Assembly: GCF_009914755.1 (NCBI RefSeq) | Contig: NC_060925.1 | Source: the human T2T-CHM13v2.0 reference genome, Homo sapiens | Direction: 5' to 3' (one strand) | Length of the DNA stretch: 64,000 nucleotides | Shown here: positions 39,278-52,765 of the stretch, in pieces | Numbering within the stretch: position 1 is the stretch's first letter | Layout: each line of letters starts with the position of its first letter | The notes under the pieces: generated by a model | Seen by the model: only the letters and a program-made list of their open reading frames with translations | The model's database searches: none | What the model was told of the DNA's origin: nothing | Position numbers and translations under genes: made by a program

Positions 39278-40899
39278 ATTTTTAAAAATTATTACTTTCA
39301 GATGATGAAAAGAAGAAAAACAATGAGAGTGACTAGTTAGGAATCATCTAGAAGCTTTAATATAGAAACAAAAACAAAAATAAATACTCCCATCCATACA
39401 CCCATTTTTTGCTTGAGAATCTCAGGGGAACTAGTTAAAACAGTTGCTAGGCAGCCTATTCCTCATCTCACAATGGGTTAGAACTTTAATCATGTTTACA
39501 GAGATACCATGTAAAACTCTAAATGAATAGTCTTATTTTATAGCTCCAATTTAATTAATAGCTAATATTTTTGGCATGTTTATACTAATTGATTACATAG
39601 AAATATACTCTATGATATATACATATTTCAGAAATTCTATGATATTTTTGGAAACTTGGTTTTTTTAAACTTTCATATTTTACTGCCTTGGAGTTTACTT
39701 GGAAATTGCATACACCAATCTGCTCACACATATCTAGTCTGTTTTTTTCATTCTACAGAGAAAGCTATATTTTATACTACATCCCTTGAGAGATAGTACC
39801 TGAATCTACTAGTAATGATATTGTCAAAGAAATTATATAGAGAGCTAGGAAGATAGATAAATGGTATATCTCTTACATACACACATATGCACACACACGT
39901 GTTTGTGTGTGAGAGAGAGTACATATGTTCATTCCTATAAAAATACACATATATAGCTTTCTCTGTTTCTAGTTATAACTCCATTAACCATGATAAAAAA
40001 ATATGTCTTTCTTCTCTTTATAATTTAGATATCTCTATAGACAGTTTTCTTTATTCATGTTGGGAAAATCTAAAGTACTTTTAATTTTTCTTCATTTATT
40101 TCTCTATTGTGTTATGTACTTTTACTGCTTTTCCCTTGAATTTTTATTTAAGATGTTCAGTCAAATAAAATAGTCCAGGTATAGTCTCCACAAAAAAATG
40201 GGGAGTCCAGGGATACAGATCCTTATCTAAGTCACGCTACTGAAGGACTAGCATATTTCAGGCCCAGGTTCTTCTATATCCTTGCCATTGGTCTCCTATT
40301 CCTTCATGGCTCATTGTGAATTCGTCTGTAACATTCTGTCATCTATTAGTCTTTCAGTTCTTACTATGTTTCAAAGCTGGTACACTGATTCAATCTCATA
40401 TTCCCAGACCAGGGTTTCTTAACCTACAGGTAATGAACAATCCCATGTGTATCTGTTTTACCTTTTTGTTTCTTGGTCTTTTCAGTTTTGCTTTGTTTTT
40501 GTTTTATTTTATGAGAACGAGGACCATATATTTTGTTTGATTTTTAAAGAGACCCCTCAAATGCTAAAAAGGGTCATCCTAGATAACAGTCAAGATCTTT
40601 GTGACAACCCAGAGTAATTGTGGACACACTTCCATGCTGTCCTGATGTCTTCTTCACCTATTAGGATTGAAGAGGAGTCATGGTCTGCCTAATGTTATAA
40701 GGGGCAAGTCTGACAAGGATAAACTCAGATGAAGGTGCTCTTATTTAGAAAAGGTTAATATGATCTATAACATTAAAATTTCGATTAACCCTCTAATGAC
40801 AATACAGCTGATTTTTTTTGTAATTTTTAATTGAGCTTAATCTCTCCTTTAATAATAGCAAAGAAGATCTTGAACATTCAGAATCCCTAGACAGTAAAA

Positions 40900-41100
40900 T
40901 CCTTAACACAGAGAGTGTGCCGGGGACATGGCTACCTATAGTTCAGCAGTGCTGACAAGCTGAATGACACTGGATAAATCATTTAATTTTGATGTCCCTT
41001 AGTTACCTTGCCTTGAAATGGGAATGCTAAAAGTTTCACTACTTCCTTTGCAAGGTACTGTGAATGTAAAATAGAATAACTAGAAAGCTAAAATATATAT
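40900..41100 (+). mobile_element. MIR
   Basis: 'gctgaatgacactggataaatcatttaa...gaaatgggaatgctaa...tgtgaatgtaaaatagaataa'. Confidence 0.6.
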
Positions 41101-43189
41101 GTAATTTATGTATCTGTAAGTAATGTGTGGAACTTTTAAGCCTTGTATGGGAATAAAACAAATATACACTGTACTATTCTATGAACAAATCTGTTGGCCA
41201 ACATTCTGATATTGAATATTTATACACGATATAATGTCTTCATTTATTTTCTGGACAGAATATATGAGATTTCTCAACAGAGGATTTCCCGTTCTCTTAT
41301 TTAAGTATTCTCCTCGGTGTTTGGGAGGCTGTATATTAAACTAGAGAAAAGGTATTTGTTTGTAGTCAAACATAAGCTTTTGTATCTACTCTGCCCTTTT
41401 ACTAGATCTGGGTCTCTGGGAAGTTAGTAGGTCCTTTATGAATGACAGTGTTCTTGTGTTTTGGCAATACCAACTATAGGTTTTCCTAACATCAGTTTTG
41501 TGCTTTGTCAAGTCTCTTGTTTGCTTGGTTTAAATCCCACTTCCAACTTCTTAAAGTCTAATTACAGAATTGTCTTGAGTTTATTGATGTTTAACTTCTA
41601 GGGCGGTCTATGAATGTCATCGAAATGTCGATAACTTATTCTTCTAGCAGAAAGAAATCCTCTAGGATATGCTGAACCTTCTGAAAATGATTTTCTTACC
41701 TCTATTTACAAGTATCTCAATTTTAAAATCACATTTCTCAAAGTAAAGCAAAAATAGCCAATGAAGAATATTTCTAAAACTCAAGTGAATAAAAGCTGCT
41801 TTATTACAATTTTACTCTATTCACGTTTTGGCATGCACTTTCTCTTTTTATTTAGCTAATAATTACTCTTTGGGAAAAATGCATCATTTAAACATTTATA
41901 AAATTTAATTTTAAGACTTTTGATTTATGATAGCTTCTTAAGTGATTATGAAATCTATTTTTGTAGAATATTCAGAAATAACATTCATGTAAATGACTTC
42001 AGTTTATCTTGTTAGAAGTATCTATGAAACAAAACTTTCCCAAGTAAATTTACTTAAGTTATCCTTGGAATGATAATTAAACACAAAGACATGGTAAATT
42101 GAAAAGTAAAGAAATTAAAAGGATAACAGACAGGTGTGTCTTTGTTTGTTTCTTCCTTCCTTCTTTTCTGAATTATTTAGGAAGTGTCATAACATTTGCA
42201 ACTTACTCTCAGTAGATTCAGGATGAAAAGAGAAAAAGAAAAATATGCAAATGCAAATATAGCAAAAGTTTTAGCAAACATGTATAATTATTGTACTACT
42301 GTTTCAGATTTTCCCTAGGTTTGAAAGTTTTTAAAACATAAATTTAAAATATCTGTGTTTATCTAGCTCCTAATATATATCAGGCACTTTGATATATGAA
42401 GTGAATTCAATGTTGAACAAAAAAGACCAAGTCCCTGGCCTCATAGTGCTTAAGGTATTTAGGTAACAGTCATTAAACTAATACTTACATAATATTAAAA
42501 ACCAGGGTCGATAAGTGTAATAAATGAGTCTGGTGCTTGTGTAGGATTCATGTGGACTCCTGCTTCTGCTGGTATAGTCCAGCACTGGCAAATCTGTGGC
42601 AAGACGTTCAGTTCCAGAGCCTCCATGTCAAGGCCATTCTACTGGCTTCAAGCCAAGGGAAAGAAACAGCCTCACTTGGGTCTTCTCTCCTCCTCCCATT
42701 CATTTGGCTCCTACTTATCCTCGCATTCATGGGATCTATAACCCACTTTCTATAACCTACTTCTCTATATTACCCAAATTAATTTCAAATACCACGCACA
42801 GTGTAAATACAAAATGTTGAGAAAAAACCTCTGGGCTCTGAACAAGCAAGTTTTAGACTCTGAATCAAAAATTCTCTTGGAGTCTTACAATGAATGGAAT
42901 GTGAATGCATGCAGTGCATACAATTCTAGGGTCACTTTTCTAAAAGGAAGTTTCTTGCTTTTGACTTCCTCATTCCCCTTTCTAAAGACCAGAATGAGAG
43001 TGGTTGAGAGACAATTTTCCTCTTTCAATAGCACCATGCATGATCTTATGAGGCAGAGTAATTTCTCCACCCTGGCCATGCCCCTACCTCTGGTCTATTA
43101 TATAAGAAAAAAATAAAATTATCTCTTGTTTGACTTGCTCTAGTTTTAGGTCTCCTTGTTATAGCCAGCTCAGTCTATATTCTAACTAA

Positions 43190-43920
43190 CATTCATCTTA
43201 AGTAAAAATCCAGAAATCATAATTGGCTACCTTTCTTTGTTTTGTAACTTTTCTCCTACCATAGTTTATTTCTTCATTAGCCCTTGACTGAACTGAAGTA
43301 GTCACAGCCTTGGTTTCCAAACCTTTTGATTTCCTCCTCTCTTATTCATCCTTCACAGTTCCATCAGCATAATCTTTCTAAAGCCCAAATTGCATTTGCA
43401 TTACGTGTTCTCCTCAAGGACATTCAAATGGCTCCTCTATTACTTAGAAAATAAAACATGAACTCTTAGCTTGGCATTCAAAGTACTGTAACTTGTGGCT
43501 TCACAAGCAATAGAGTTATGAAGTTACTATGTTATGCCCAAGTGGTTTTGTTGAGAGAGCAACACCCTCCTCCAACTACTTCACTCATTGAAATTCTAAT
43601 AATCCTTGAAATTCTAATAAGGCTGCCTTGAATTCCATATATTTTATGAAAATCCTTCCTTAGTTCCTCAAATTGAATTCATAATTCTTCTTCCACTATT
43701 CAGATAAAATTTTGCTTTTACCTCTTTTGGATATTTTATTCAGTCAAATATTATAATTTCTTTAATATGTATCTATCTCTACCTCTAGAATATAAACTCC
43801 TTGAGGATATGCACTGTATATTATTTTTCTGTATCATTTTTATTGCTATCACCCATGGAAACGTGCATATTTCTCCACATATCAGAGGTAACAAAAAATG
43901 TGTACTGAATTGAACTAACT
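43190..43920 (+). mobile_element. L2 3' part, preceded by an old MLT1-like LTR end (~43000-43190)
   Basis: 'atctttctaaagcccaaat', 'ctcttagcttggcattcaaag', 'ctagaatataaactccttgagg', tail 'tgaattgaactaac'; 15-bp tandem duplication at 43588-43620. Confidence 0.7.
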
Positions 43921-44789
43921 TGAAAAAGGCTAAACTATCCAATTCTTTCCTGAACAAGAATGGTCATTTCTGTAAGCCAAGATACTACCAGAAATTGAGA
44001 GAGAGAGAATATGATTTGATATAGTCCTCCAAAATTGGGTGTTTGAGTTTATTTACTTTAAGCAAGACATGATTTCCATTTTCCAAAAGAAAAAAACCTT
44101 GAATATATTATAAGAAAACGATAAGGCTTTCTGGACATCAAAGAATTCTTACAAAATAACTTTTGAATTAGTTAACTATAAAAGAATCAGAAACATACAA
44201 ATTAATTTCTCCTTGAGATACACTGGGCTTAAAAATAAAGAAGAAACATGTTTAAGATTATATAAAGCCTACAACTTTGAGGAAAGATTTCAGAAAACAA
44301 AACACTGAAGTCTAATAATATGGTAAAAATTTAACTATAATGGCAAATTATTCAAACATTTTAACTCCCTACTAACCTTCTCCAAATGTGAACCATTTAC
44401 TAAATGACAGATTTTTTTTTTTTTAGGATTATGGCTTAACTTACTGGTCTCAGTTATATATCTTCTCATTTTGCCACAAAATGCTAGTAAAAACTTTCAT
44501 TTAGCAAGTGCTTACAATATGATAGGTATATTTCCAAATATTATCTTTACTCTAAACAACAGCTCATGTTTCCAAAATGGCAGTTCCAGATGTCAGAGAT
44601 TTTTTTGACTAATCCATGCTGTCTCAGCATGTTTTCTCATATCTTGAAACTCCTTCTAACTTCATATATTATGAGAAATCATGAAAGGAACCTCTTATCT
44701 GCCCAGAAAATCTCACCATATCTTTGGGAAAAAGAAATAATATCTACCTCATTCGTAAATGTTGTGATTAATTGGCCAATGTGTAATAT

Positions 44790-45030
44790 TAATAATAGCA
44801 AACATCTATGGTGCATGCTTTATTATGTGAGATGTTGTATTAAGTGTTTCAAACATCTAATTTCAGTTTTCACAACTTCATACAAGTATTTTGTTATCCT
44901 CACTTTACAGATAGAGAAATGGAAACTCCAAAAGATTAAGCAAGAAGCCCATAGGAACACAATTAGTAGAGGTAGGATTTGAATTTATATCTGCCTAGTT
45001 CCAAATCTTATACTATTTACTATGATTTCA
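44790..45030 (-). mobile_element. MIR
   Basis: 'ttatcctcactttacagatagagaaatggaa...ggtaggatttgaa'. Confidence 0.75.
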
Positions 45031-46599
45031 CATTGTTTTTGCTTCAAAAATTATAAACGATTCATAATAAAGTATACTACCATAAAAATTGTTTCATGCA
45101 TTTCAAGTTTGAATAGCATATAAATTTACATTATCAAGATAATTTTTTTACTTTGGAAAACTTTTTGTTCATTTAGATGAATAATTTTCTAACATTAATG
45201 TCATATCGAATTACGGCCAAAAAATCCCCTTTAAGTTCTTATATTAGCACTAAGAGTGGATGAAGAGAAAATCTACCAATTCCTTACTTAGTTTTATATC
45301 TCCTCTTGACAAATGGAAACCTCATCTGTAGACAGGCAATATTTAGCTACTTTATCTTGATTAATCCGTGGGATAGAGTGAGGTTTGTTAAGTAAGCAAT
45401 AACACACGACATGATGCATGTTACACTGTAATGAAGCCATGCTTGAGCTGTTTGGTGATACATGAACATCCTCCTCCATCGGATGCTGTCATTCTGTAAT
45501 AGCAGGAGCTTTGGAATTAGCCACTGATATTTTGATGCCCTCCATTACTGAGAATGTTCATATAAAAATCAAAATAATATGTGACCATATACTATGAAAA
45601 GTTTTGCTCTCACTCTCTCATCTTTCCCATCCAAGAGGCCCATCACCATCACTACTCACTTTTAAGCTTATCCTCTGGAGATTTTCTATCCAAATGCAAA
45701 CAAATACAAACATAAATTCTCATTTTCCTTCTTTCTTACATGAGTGGCAGCAGACTATCCACACTACTTTGTACTTTTTTTAAATAGACTTTTATGCCTT
45801 AGCAATCTTTACAAACCTATGACAGCTTCATAGTATTCCATTATTTAGACAAGTCTATGCTTATTTAACCAAAAGTTTCTGGTTGAGCTATGAAAATATC
45901 TGTGTAAGGAGAAAGCTTATGTGAAAGAGAATATATAATGTCTACCAAATACACTCTTTTCTATTTTCTATCCCATTTGCAGTTAGGGGACAAGTGCCAG
46001 GTGATAAGATCTGGCCAATAATATAAAATTCAAAGGAATGCATGCCACTTCCAGTCAGAGGCAGTGAAAACTCTCTATGTGGTTTTTGGTTCTCTCTCTC
46101 ACTATGCAATGAAGAAAGAGGCTGAACATTCCTGATGTTGCAGCTACAAGATGAGGGTCTTCATCAGTTCACATATGTGGGCAAACTTGCAGCAAAACTC
46201 TGCCACACTGCAATGGTCACATATGGTTTTGTTAGATCACTATAATTTGGGACTTATTTTGATATTGTATAGAATCAAACACTTCGAACTGGAGTAATCC
46301 TTGATAATATTCAAGCCAAGAAGTTCTTAAGTCTCTGTGTTGCATGGGAATTTTAAACATATGTTCAATTTAGTTTTCTGGAGAATCGTTAGTAATGATT
46401 AGGTTCTTAAAAGGAGTTCAGAGCCTACAATTAGCTAAATTTTATCAATGTGACCTAACCCCTCATTTTACAGACAATGAAAATGAGACTGGGATGTTGG
46501 TTTAGAAGGTGTGGCTGAGTTGCAGATCCCCTTCTTCTCAGTTCTATACCGTGCCTCATCACGGCCCATTCTGAGGAGTCCAACTGCATTAAACTCACA

Positions 46600-47300
46600 G
46601 CCCTGATGGAGCCAGCTGTTGTTTTCTACTTCATAAACATACACACCCTTTTAGTAACTAGGGCCAGCATCACAACCTACTTATGTTCATACCCTTCTTC
46701 ATCTCATCTGTTCAAGTACTCAAGCCAAAAATTTAGGATTTTGCTTTGATCTCTCACTTCACCCTTTCTCCCTCTGAGTAAACCTCTCCTACATATCATG
46801 AACTACCAAAAAATCCTGCTCTTCCTGTTTCCATTCACGACCTCTTTTGGACTTGTGAAAGAAAGCAGGAATAATGATCTTTTCAAAAAGTACATAGAAC
46901 CTCTTAACGTCTTCTTACCACACTTAGAAAGAAATTTGTTCCCAGGTTGCATCACTGGTCTCATCCACCAGAAAATGCTTCCGTGGACATTTGCATGATA
47001 ACATTCCTTATCATTCAGGTGTCTCCTCCAAGGTCATCTTTAAGAGCGGCCTTCTCTGATGACTTGGCCTGAAATACTCCTTCCCTCTACCACTTTCAAC
47101 CCATTTACTCTATTTTCTTAACAGAAGGTAAAATAATTTTTAAATTTTATTATTCATTTCTAAGGGTCCATATTCCACTTATAGCATAGATTCTGTAAGA
47201 CTAAGATGGTGTCTCTTGCTCAATGCCAAATCACAGTACCTAGAACACTAGCTGGTGCTTATGAGTGCTTAATACTTATTAAATCAGTCAACAAATGTTA
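46600..47300 (+). mobile_element. L2 3' part
   Basis: 'tcattcaggtgtctcctccaaggtcatc...ggccttctctgat', 'cagtacctagaacac...gtgcttaatac'. Confidence 0.7.
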
Positions 47301-47499
47301 ATTTTCTAATCGTTATCCAAGGTGTTGCCTTGCTCAGAATTTCTTTCATTTTTTTCTTGTATTAGTTAAGCATTACCCATCTTTCAAGGTTTAGGACCAT
47401 CATGATGGAGCTCCTCCACCTGCCCTCCTGATATAGTTAGTCCCTCTTCTGATACCTACGATAGTTTCAGTTATAAGGTAGACCTGTACTCTTGACAGT

Positions 47500-47660
47500 T
47501 GAGACAGTATTACTTGTGAGAAAACACTTTGCCCTAGAATTCAGAAGACTCAGCCACATCTACTTTTGATTCTAATAGTATTGAGATATAGCCTTGGATA
47601 AGTCATATAACTTCGCTAAATCTCAGTTTTCTAACCTTGGAAATGAGAAAGACAAAAATG
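47500..47660 (+). mobile_element. MIR
   Basis: 'ccttggataagtcatataacttcgctaaatctcagttttcta'. Confidence 0.7.
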
Positions 47661-50485
47661 ATAAATAATGATGATACTTCCTTTGAAGCTGCCCACTCCA
47701 TCTGTGTTTTATGTAATACTCAAGTTCAAGGGCATACTTCATGTTTATGTACACTGTAAAACATAATGCCAATGCAAAGTACTATGATTATTACTGTTGT
47801 TATGTATTGTGTGAAGGTATAGTTTATCTCCCTGACTCAGTTTTCTGGGTGCTTTCTATTAGCACTAGTAATAGTGCCAATAGGAACACCTAGGAATGAA
47901 CCCTTTCAGCTTTTACAGCATTTGTTCCAAGAACATTATAAGGGTGTTTTGAGGGCTGTTGTTAAGTTAAAATACCATTGCTTTTGCTATACCCGCATTT
48001 TATGTAAATCAGAGAACTTTTTTCCTACCATGAGAATATTATATCATTTAGCAAAAATGGAATCCCATAGAGCCCAAAATTTAAAACCTTTCATCAATTT
48101 TCTGCTAATATCCATTGGTATCAACTAATAACTTTACTCCACTAGTTGTAGAAACTATGCTTTTCTCCCTTTAATTGGCCAATGTCTACAAAGAAATTAG
48201 CTGATTTTATTATACATTTTTTTTCACTTGAGGTAATTTTGTAACAACCCTTAATTTAATCCTATCTATGTATGCTATATAAGTGTGTGTATCATGGTTA
48301 CACAACAGGCTGCAAAAGAACTGCTTCAGAAACATATTGAACAAACTAAGCAATGAAAACTTGCTAATGCACTGTGAGTCACATACTGTGCAAGAGCAGT
48401 AAATTGCTTCCTTGGTGGTTTTGACAACATTGCCTCTGTACATAATTGAATGTCATTCATTTATATGTTTGCAAATAAGGTCCCAGTGACATTACACCTG
48501 GGAGTGTGCACACTTGGTCATCTGTTTATGACGGAGGAGCCAGACATATGGCCTGTGGACTCGGTTTGGCCCAGAGCTGTTGCAAAGTCCTCCTACCAGT
48601 TTTCAGCCAGTCAGCCCCGTCACTGTGAATCAGCTCTGTCAAAGGCAGTGCTTCCCATCAATTAAGGAGGGGAAATGCAGCTTACCCAACTGCCAGTTTG
48701 CCAGGGCCTCAGTCCTGAGATGGCAAAAATACTTGAAACTGCAAGAGAATGTCACATGCTATGTAAATAAAAGACAGGAGATAAGACAAGGAGAAAGAGA
48801 AATGTTACCATTAAACTTGCAAAAGGGAGAGTCTAGAAAAAAAACCTACTGCATGGAAGTGATTAAGTATGAGTTTTAATACTTACTGTGCTCTAAAGGG
48901 TTTGTGTGATATTAGGCAAGTCTCTTTTACCACATCAGCCTTAGTTTTCCTCTCTGTAAAGGAGCTGAATACATTTTTCAACATTTTTTTCTCAGTCAGA
49001 AGTATTTTCATCTTTTCTAACTACAAATTCGAAAAAAATTATTAAACAAACTATGTCTATTAATTTGTTTTCCAACTACTATAAAGACATCTACAACTAC
49101 CAAACCACAGTTACTGATCAGCATGATTATTAACATGTTGGGTTGGTATAATTTCAGCAACAAAGATGTCATTTAACTTTCCGCATAGCCTTGGAATATT
49201 TAAATACCTTAGAACTATCTGTAATGCTCCGTGGATTTATAATCTTCCTGTGAAAATGCTATGTTTAGTTTTTATTTCAAAAATAGTTAATAAATACTGA
49301 GCCAGGCACTGGCATTATTAGGTACTGAGGTAACAAAAACTGTTCTTGATGCATTTCCAAAGTGGTAGAGAAATTGGTAAAGAAAAATCAAATTCAGCAA
49401 AAATAGGAAATACAATAATAGACCTACAAATAAAATCTGGGATCATGAGAAGGCCTATCAATATCCTCATTGAAAGAAAAGAGCCACAATAACAAAACCC
49501 TATTTGTAGAGACTCACCTAAAAGGAGGAGCCATCTGGCCATACTGCTTACCAGACGTGTGCTCTATGGAATCAAAGCCCTGGAGACACTCATTCAAAAA
49601 TAGGCTCCCAGACTTAATTTTGCTTGACAAACACAATATTTTCTGTCTCACTCTTAAAGATTTACAATGCATATTTGCATATTAAAGGCTCTAAGAAGTC
49701 CCAAAGGCAAAGAAACACATCTAACTTGGCTTGATATAAATTTTCTGAAATATTTGACCAAAGAATCTACTTTTGCAGAATAAAAAATAGTAGCTTAGTT
49801 TAGGACACTCTAAATATGGCTTTTGGAATAAACAAGACCATAGCAGAGCCATGTTTTATGATCACATTGTTTTGTGGCCCATTGCCAGTTCCTACCTAGA
49901 AAACTTCAAGACCTACAAGACAGGTATTATCAAGCTGCACTGTGGCAGTCTACATGAACATTTACAAAGAAAAACCTCAATGAAATGCATTGAGTTGCTA
50001 TAAAGATAGCATTAAAGTTGCTGCTCAAACATCACTCAATAGAGACACAGAATAGATTTTTTTATTTAGGTACTCATGCCAGGAATAATGTGTACCTCCC
50101 GAATAATTTGTTTGTTTTCTATCATGTTAACACCATGATTTAACTGGTCAATGTTGGCAGAAAAGATCAGAGTCCATTTTATGACTCACAGCAAATGTAG
50201 AGAATTCTATATGCATGTCTTGTGTATTAATGTTACTCTTGATTTCATTGTACTTTTTCTACTTTATTTTTCCTTTGCCCTAATTTTCTTATTTTTGAAA
50301 TGTATCAACACTATAAATGAATATCATTTTAAGAATTCAAACAATTTAAAATCAATTAAAAATTCCACTTTTACCCTTCTCTACTTTGTCAAACCTCTCC
50401 TGCCTAACTGTATGCCTATTACAGATAGTTTTGATGTTTCTTACAGTGTCTGTTTATAAAAAGAAAAATATATTATATATATAAT

Positions 50486-51385
50486 TTTGAATAGACTTTA
50501 TTTTTTAGAGAAGTTTTAGTTTTATAGGAAAATTGAACAGAAAATACCAAGAGTTCCCTTGTAGCCCCTCCTGCCCCACATGCTCAGCCTCCCCCATTAT
50601 CAACAGTCCTCACCAGAGTGATACTTTTGTTACAGTTGATAAACCTATATTGAGACATCATCATTACCCACATTTCCTACTTTATGCTGGGGTTCACTCT
50701 CGGTGATGTACATTCTGTGGGTTTGGACACATGTATAATGACATGTACCACCATTGTAATATCACAGAGTAGTTTCACCTCCACAAATATCCTTTGTGCT
50801 CTGCCTATTGATCCCTCTCTCCCCCTAACCCTGGCAACTACCAATCAATTATTTTACTGTCTCCATCTTTTGTCTTTTCCAGCATGTCTAATAGTTGTAG
50901 TCACATAGTATATATCCTTTCAGATTGGCTTCTTTTACTTAGTAATGTGCATTTAAGTTTCCTCTAGATGTTTTCATGGCTTGATGGCTTCTTTCTTTCT
51001 TTTTTAAGCACTGAATAATATTTCACTGTCCTGATGTACCAAGTTTATCCATTCACCTACTGAAGGACATCTTGGTTGTTCTATGTTTTGGCAAGTATGA
51101 ATAAAGCTGCTATAAATGTTTATGTGCCAGTTTTTGTGTGGACATAAATTTTCAGTTTATTAGGGTAAACACCAAGGAGTGTGATCGCTGGAGAGTATGG
51201 TCAAAGTATGCTTAGTTTGGTAAGTGGCTGTACCATTTTACATCCCCATGAGCAATGGATAAAATTTCTTGGTGCTCTACATTTTCCACAGCATGTTCTG
51301 GATTTTGACCACTCTAATTGGTAGGTAGTGGTATCTCGTTGTTTTAACTCACATTTCCCTGGTGACATATGATGTAGAAGAGAAT
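50486..51385 (-). mobile_element. L1MC1/2-like 3' end
   Basis: 'agactttattttttagagaagttttag...ggggttcactctcggtgatgtacattctgtgggtttggaca...tattcacctactgaaggacatcttgg'-like 3' UTR. Confidence 0.85.
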
Positions 51386-51493
51386 CTTTTTGGTAGTTTA
51401 TTTCACAGCTGTTTTATATATATACAATGTTAATTTGTTAATGAGATCTTAGTCTATGTTTTATTTTTTAAGTTTCTTTGTCAGTCTGGGAAT

Positions 51494-51615
51494 TTTTTTA
51501 TGGATGGGGTCTTGCTATGTTGTCCAGACTGGTCTTGAACTCCTTGCCTCAAGCCATCTTCCCACCTCAGCCTCCCGAGTAGCTGAGACTACAGTCATGC
51601 ACCACCACACCTGGC
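51494..51615 (-). mobile_element. FLAM (free left Alu monomer)
   Basis: single monomer 'gatggggtcttgctatgttgtccagactggtcttgaactcc...caccacacctggc'. Confidence 0.85.
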
Positions 51616-51725
51616 TAATTAAGTCATCTTCTAATGAATGTATAATATCAATATAATAAGTAAAACAGTATTTAACCATTCCAATATTGATATTATACAG
51701 TTTTCTTCTATTAAAACAAGGATAC

Positions 51726-52765
51726 GGTGGAGCCAAGATGGCCGAATAGGAGCAGCTCTGGTCTACAGCTCCCAGGGTGAGTGACACAGAAGATGGGTGA
51801 TTTCTGCATTTCCATCTGAGGTACTGGGTTCATCTCACTAGGGAGTGCCAGACAGTGGGTGGAGGACAGTGGGTGCAGTGCACCATGCGTGAGCTGAAGC
51901 AGGGTGAGGCATTGCCTCATTCAGGAAGCACAAGGGGTCAGGGAGTTCCCTATCCTAGTCAAAGAAAGGGGTGACAGACGGCAACTGGAAAATCGGGTCA
52001 CTCCCACCCTAATACTGCCCTTTTCCAATGGGCTTAAAAATCGGCATACCAGGAGATTATATCCCGCATCTGGCTCGGAGGGTCCTACACCCATGGAGTC
52101 TCGCTGATTGCTAGCACAGCAGTCTGAGATCAAACTGCAAGGGGGCAGCAAGGCGGGGGAAGGGCGCCTGCCATTGCCCAGGCTTGATTAGGTAAACAAA
52201 GCAGCCTGGAAGCTCAAACTGGGTGGAGCCCACCACAGCTCAAGGAGGCCTGCCTGCCTTTGTAGGCTCCACCTCTGGGGGCAGGGCACAGACGAACAAA
52301 AAGACAGCAGTAACCTCTGCAGACTTAAATGTCCCTGTCTGACAGCTTTGAAGAGAGCAGTGTTTCTCCCAGCACGCAGCTGGAGATCTGAGAACGGGCA
52401 GACTGCCTCCTCAAGTGGGTCCCTGAGCCCCGAGCAGCCTAAATGGGAGGCACCCCCCAGTAGGGGCAGACTGACACCTCACACGGCCGGGTACTCCTCT
52501 GAGACAAAACCTCCAAAGGAATGATCAGGCAGCAGCATTTGCAGATCACCAATATCCGCTGTTCTACAGCCACTGCTGTTCTGCAGTCACCGCTGCTGAT
52601 ACCCAGGCAAACAGGGTCTGGAGTGACCTCTAGCAAACTCCAACAGACCTGCAGCTGAGGTCCTGTCTGTTAGAAGGAAAACTAACAAACAGAAAGGACA
52701 TCCACACCAAAAACCCATCTGTACGTCACCATCATCAAAGACCAAAAGTAGATAAAACCACAAAG
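51726..52765 (+). promoter_or_regulatory. L1 5' UTR (internal sense promoter and antisense promoter region) with intact YY1 site
   Basis: caagatggccg at 51734-51744; many CpGs decayed to TpG/CpA. Confidence 0.8.

Noticed and set aside
39720-44530. Isolated strong acceptors at 39758 and 44426 as exons
   Set aside because: No convincing paired donor, and polypyrimidine-AG is common in this AT-rich DNA.
49680-49830. Named hAT/Charlie relic (also similar relics at ~40410-40580 and ~46320-46430)
   Set aside because: They resemble old DNA transposon fragments but are too decayed to assign or bound without alignment.
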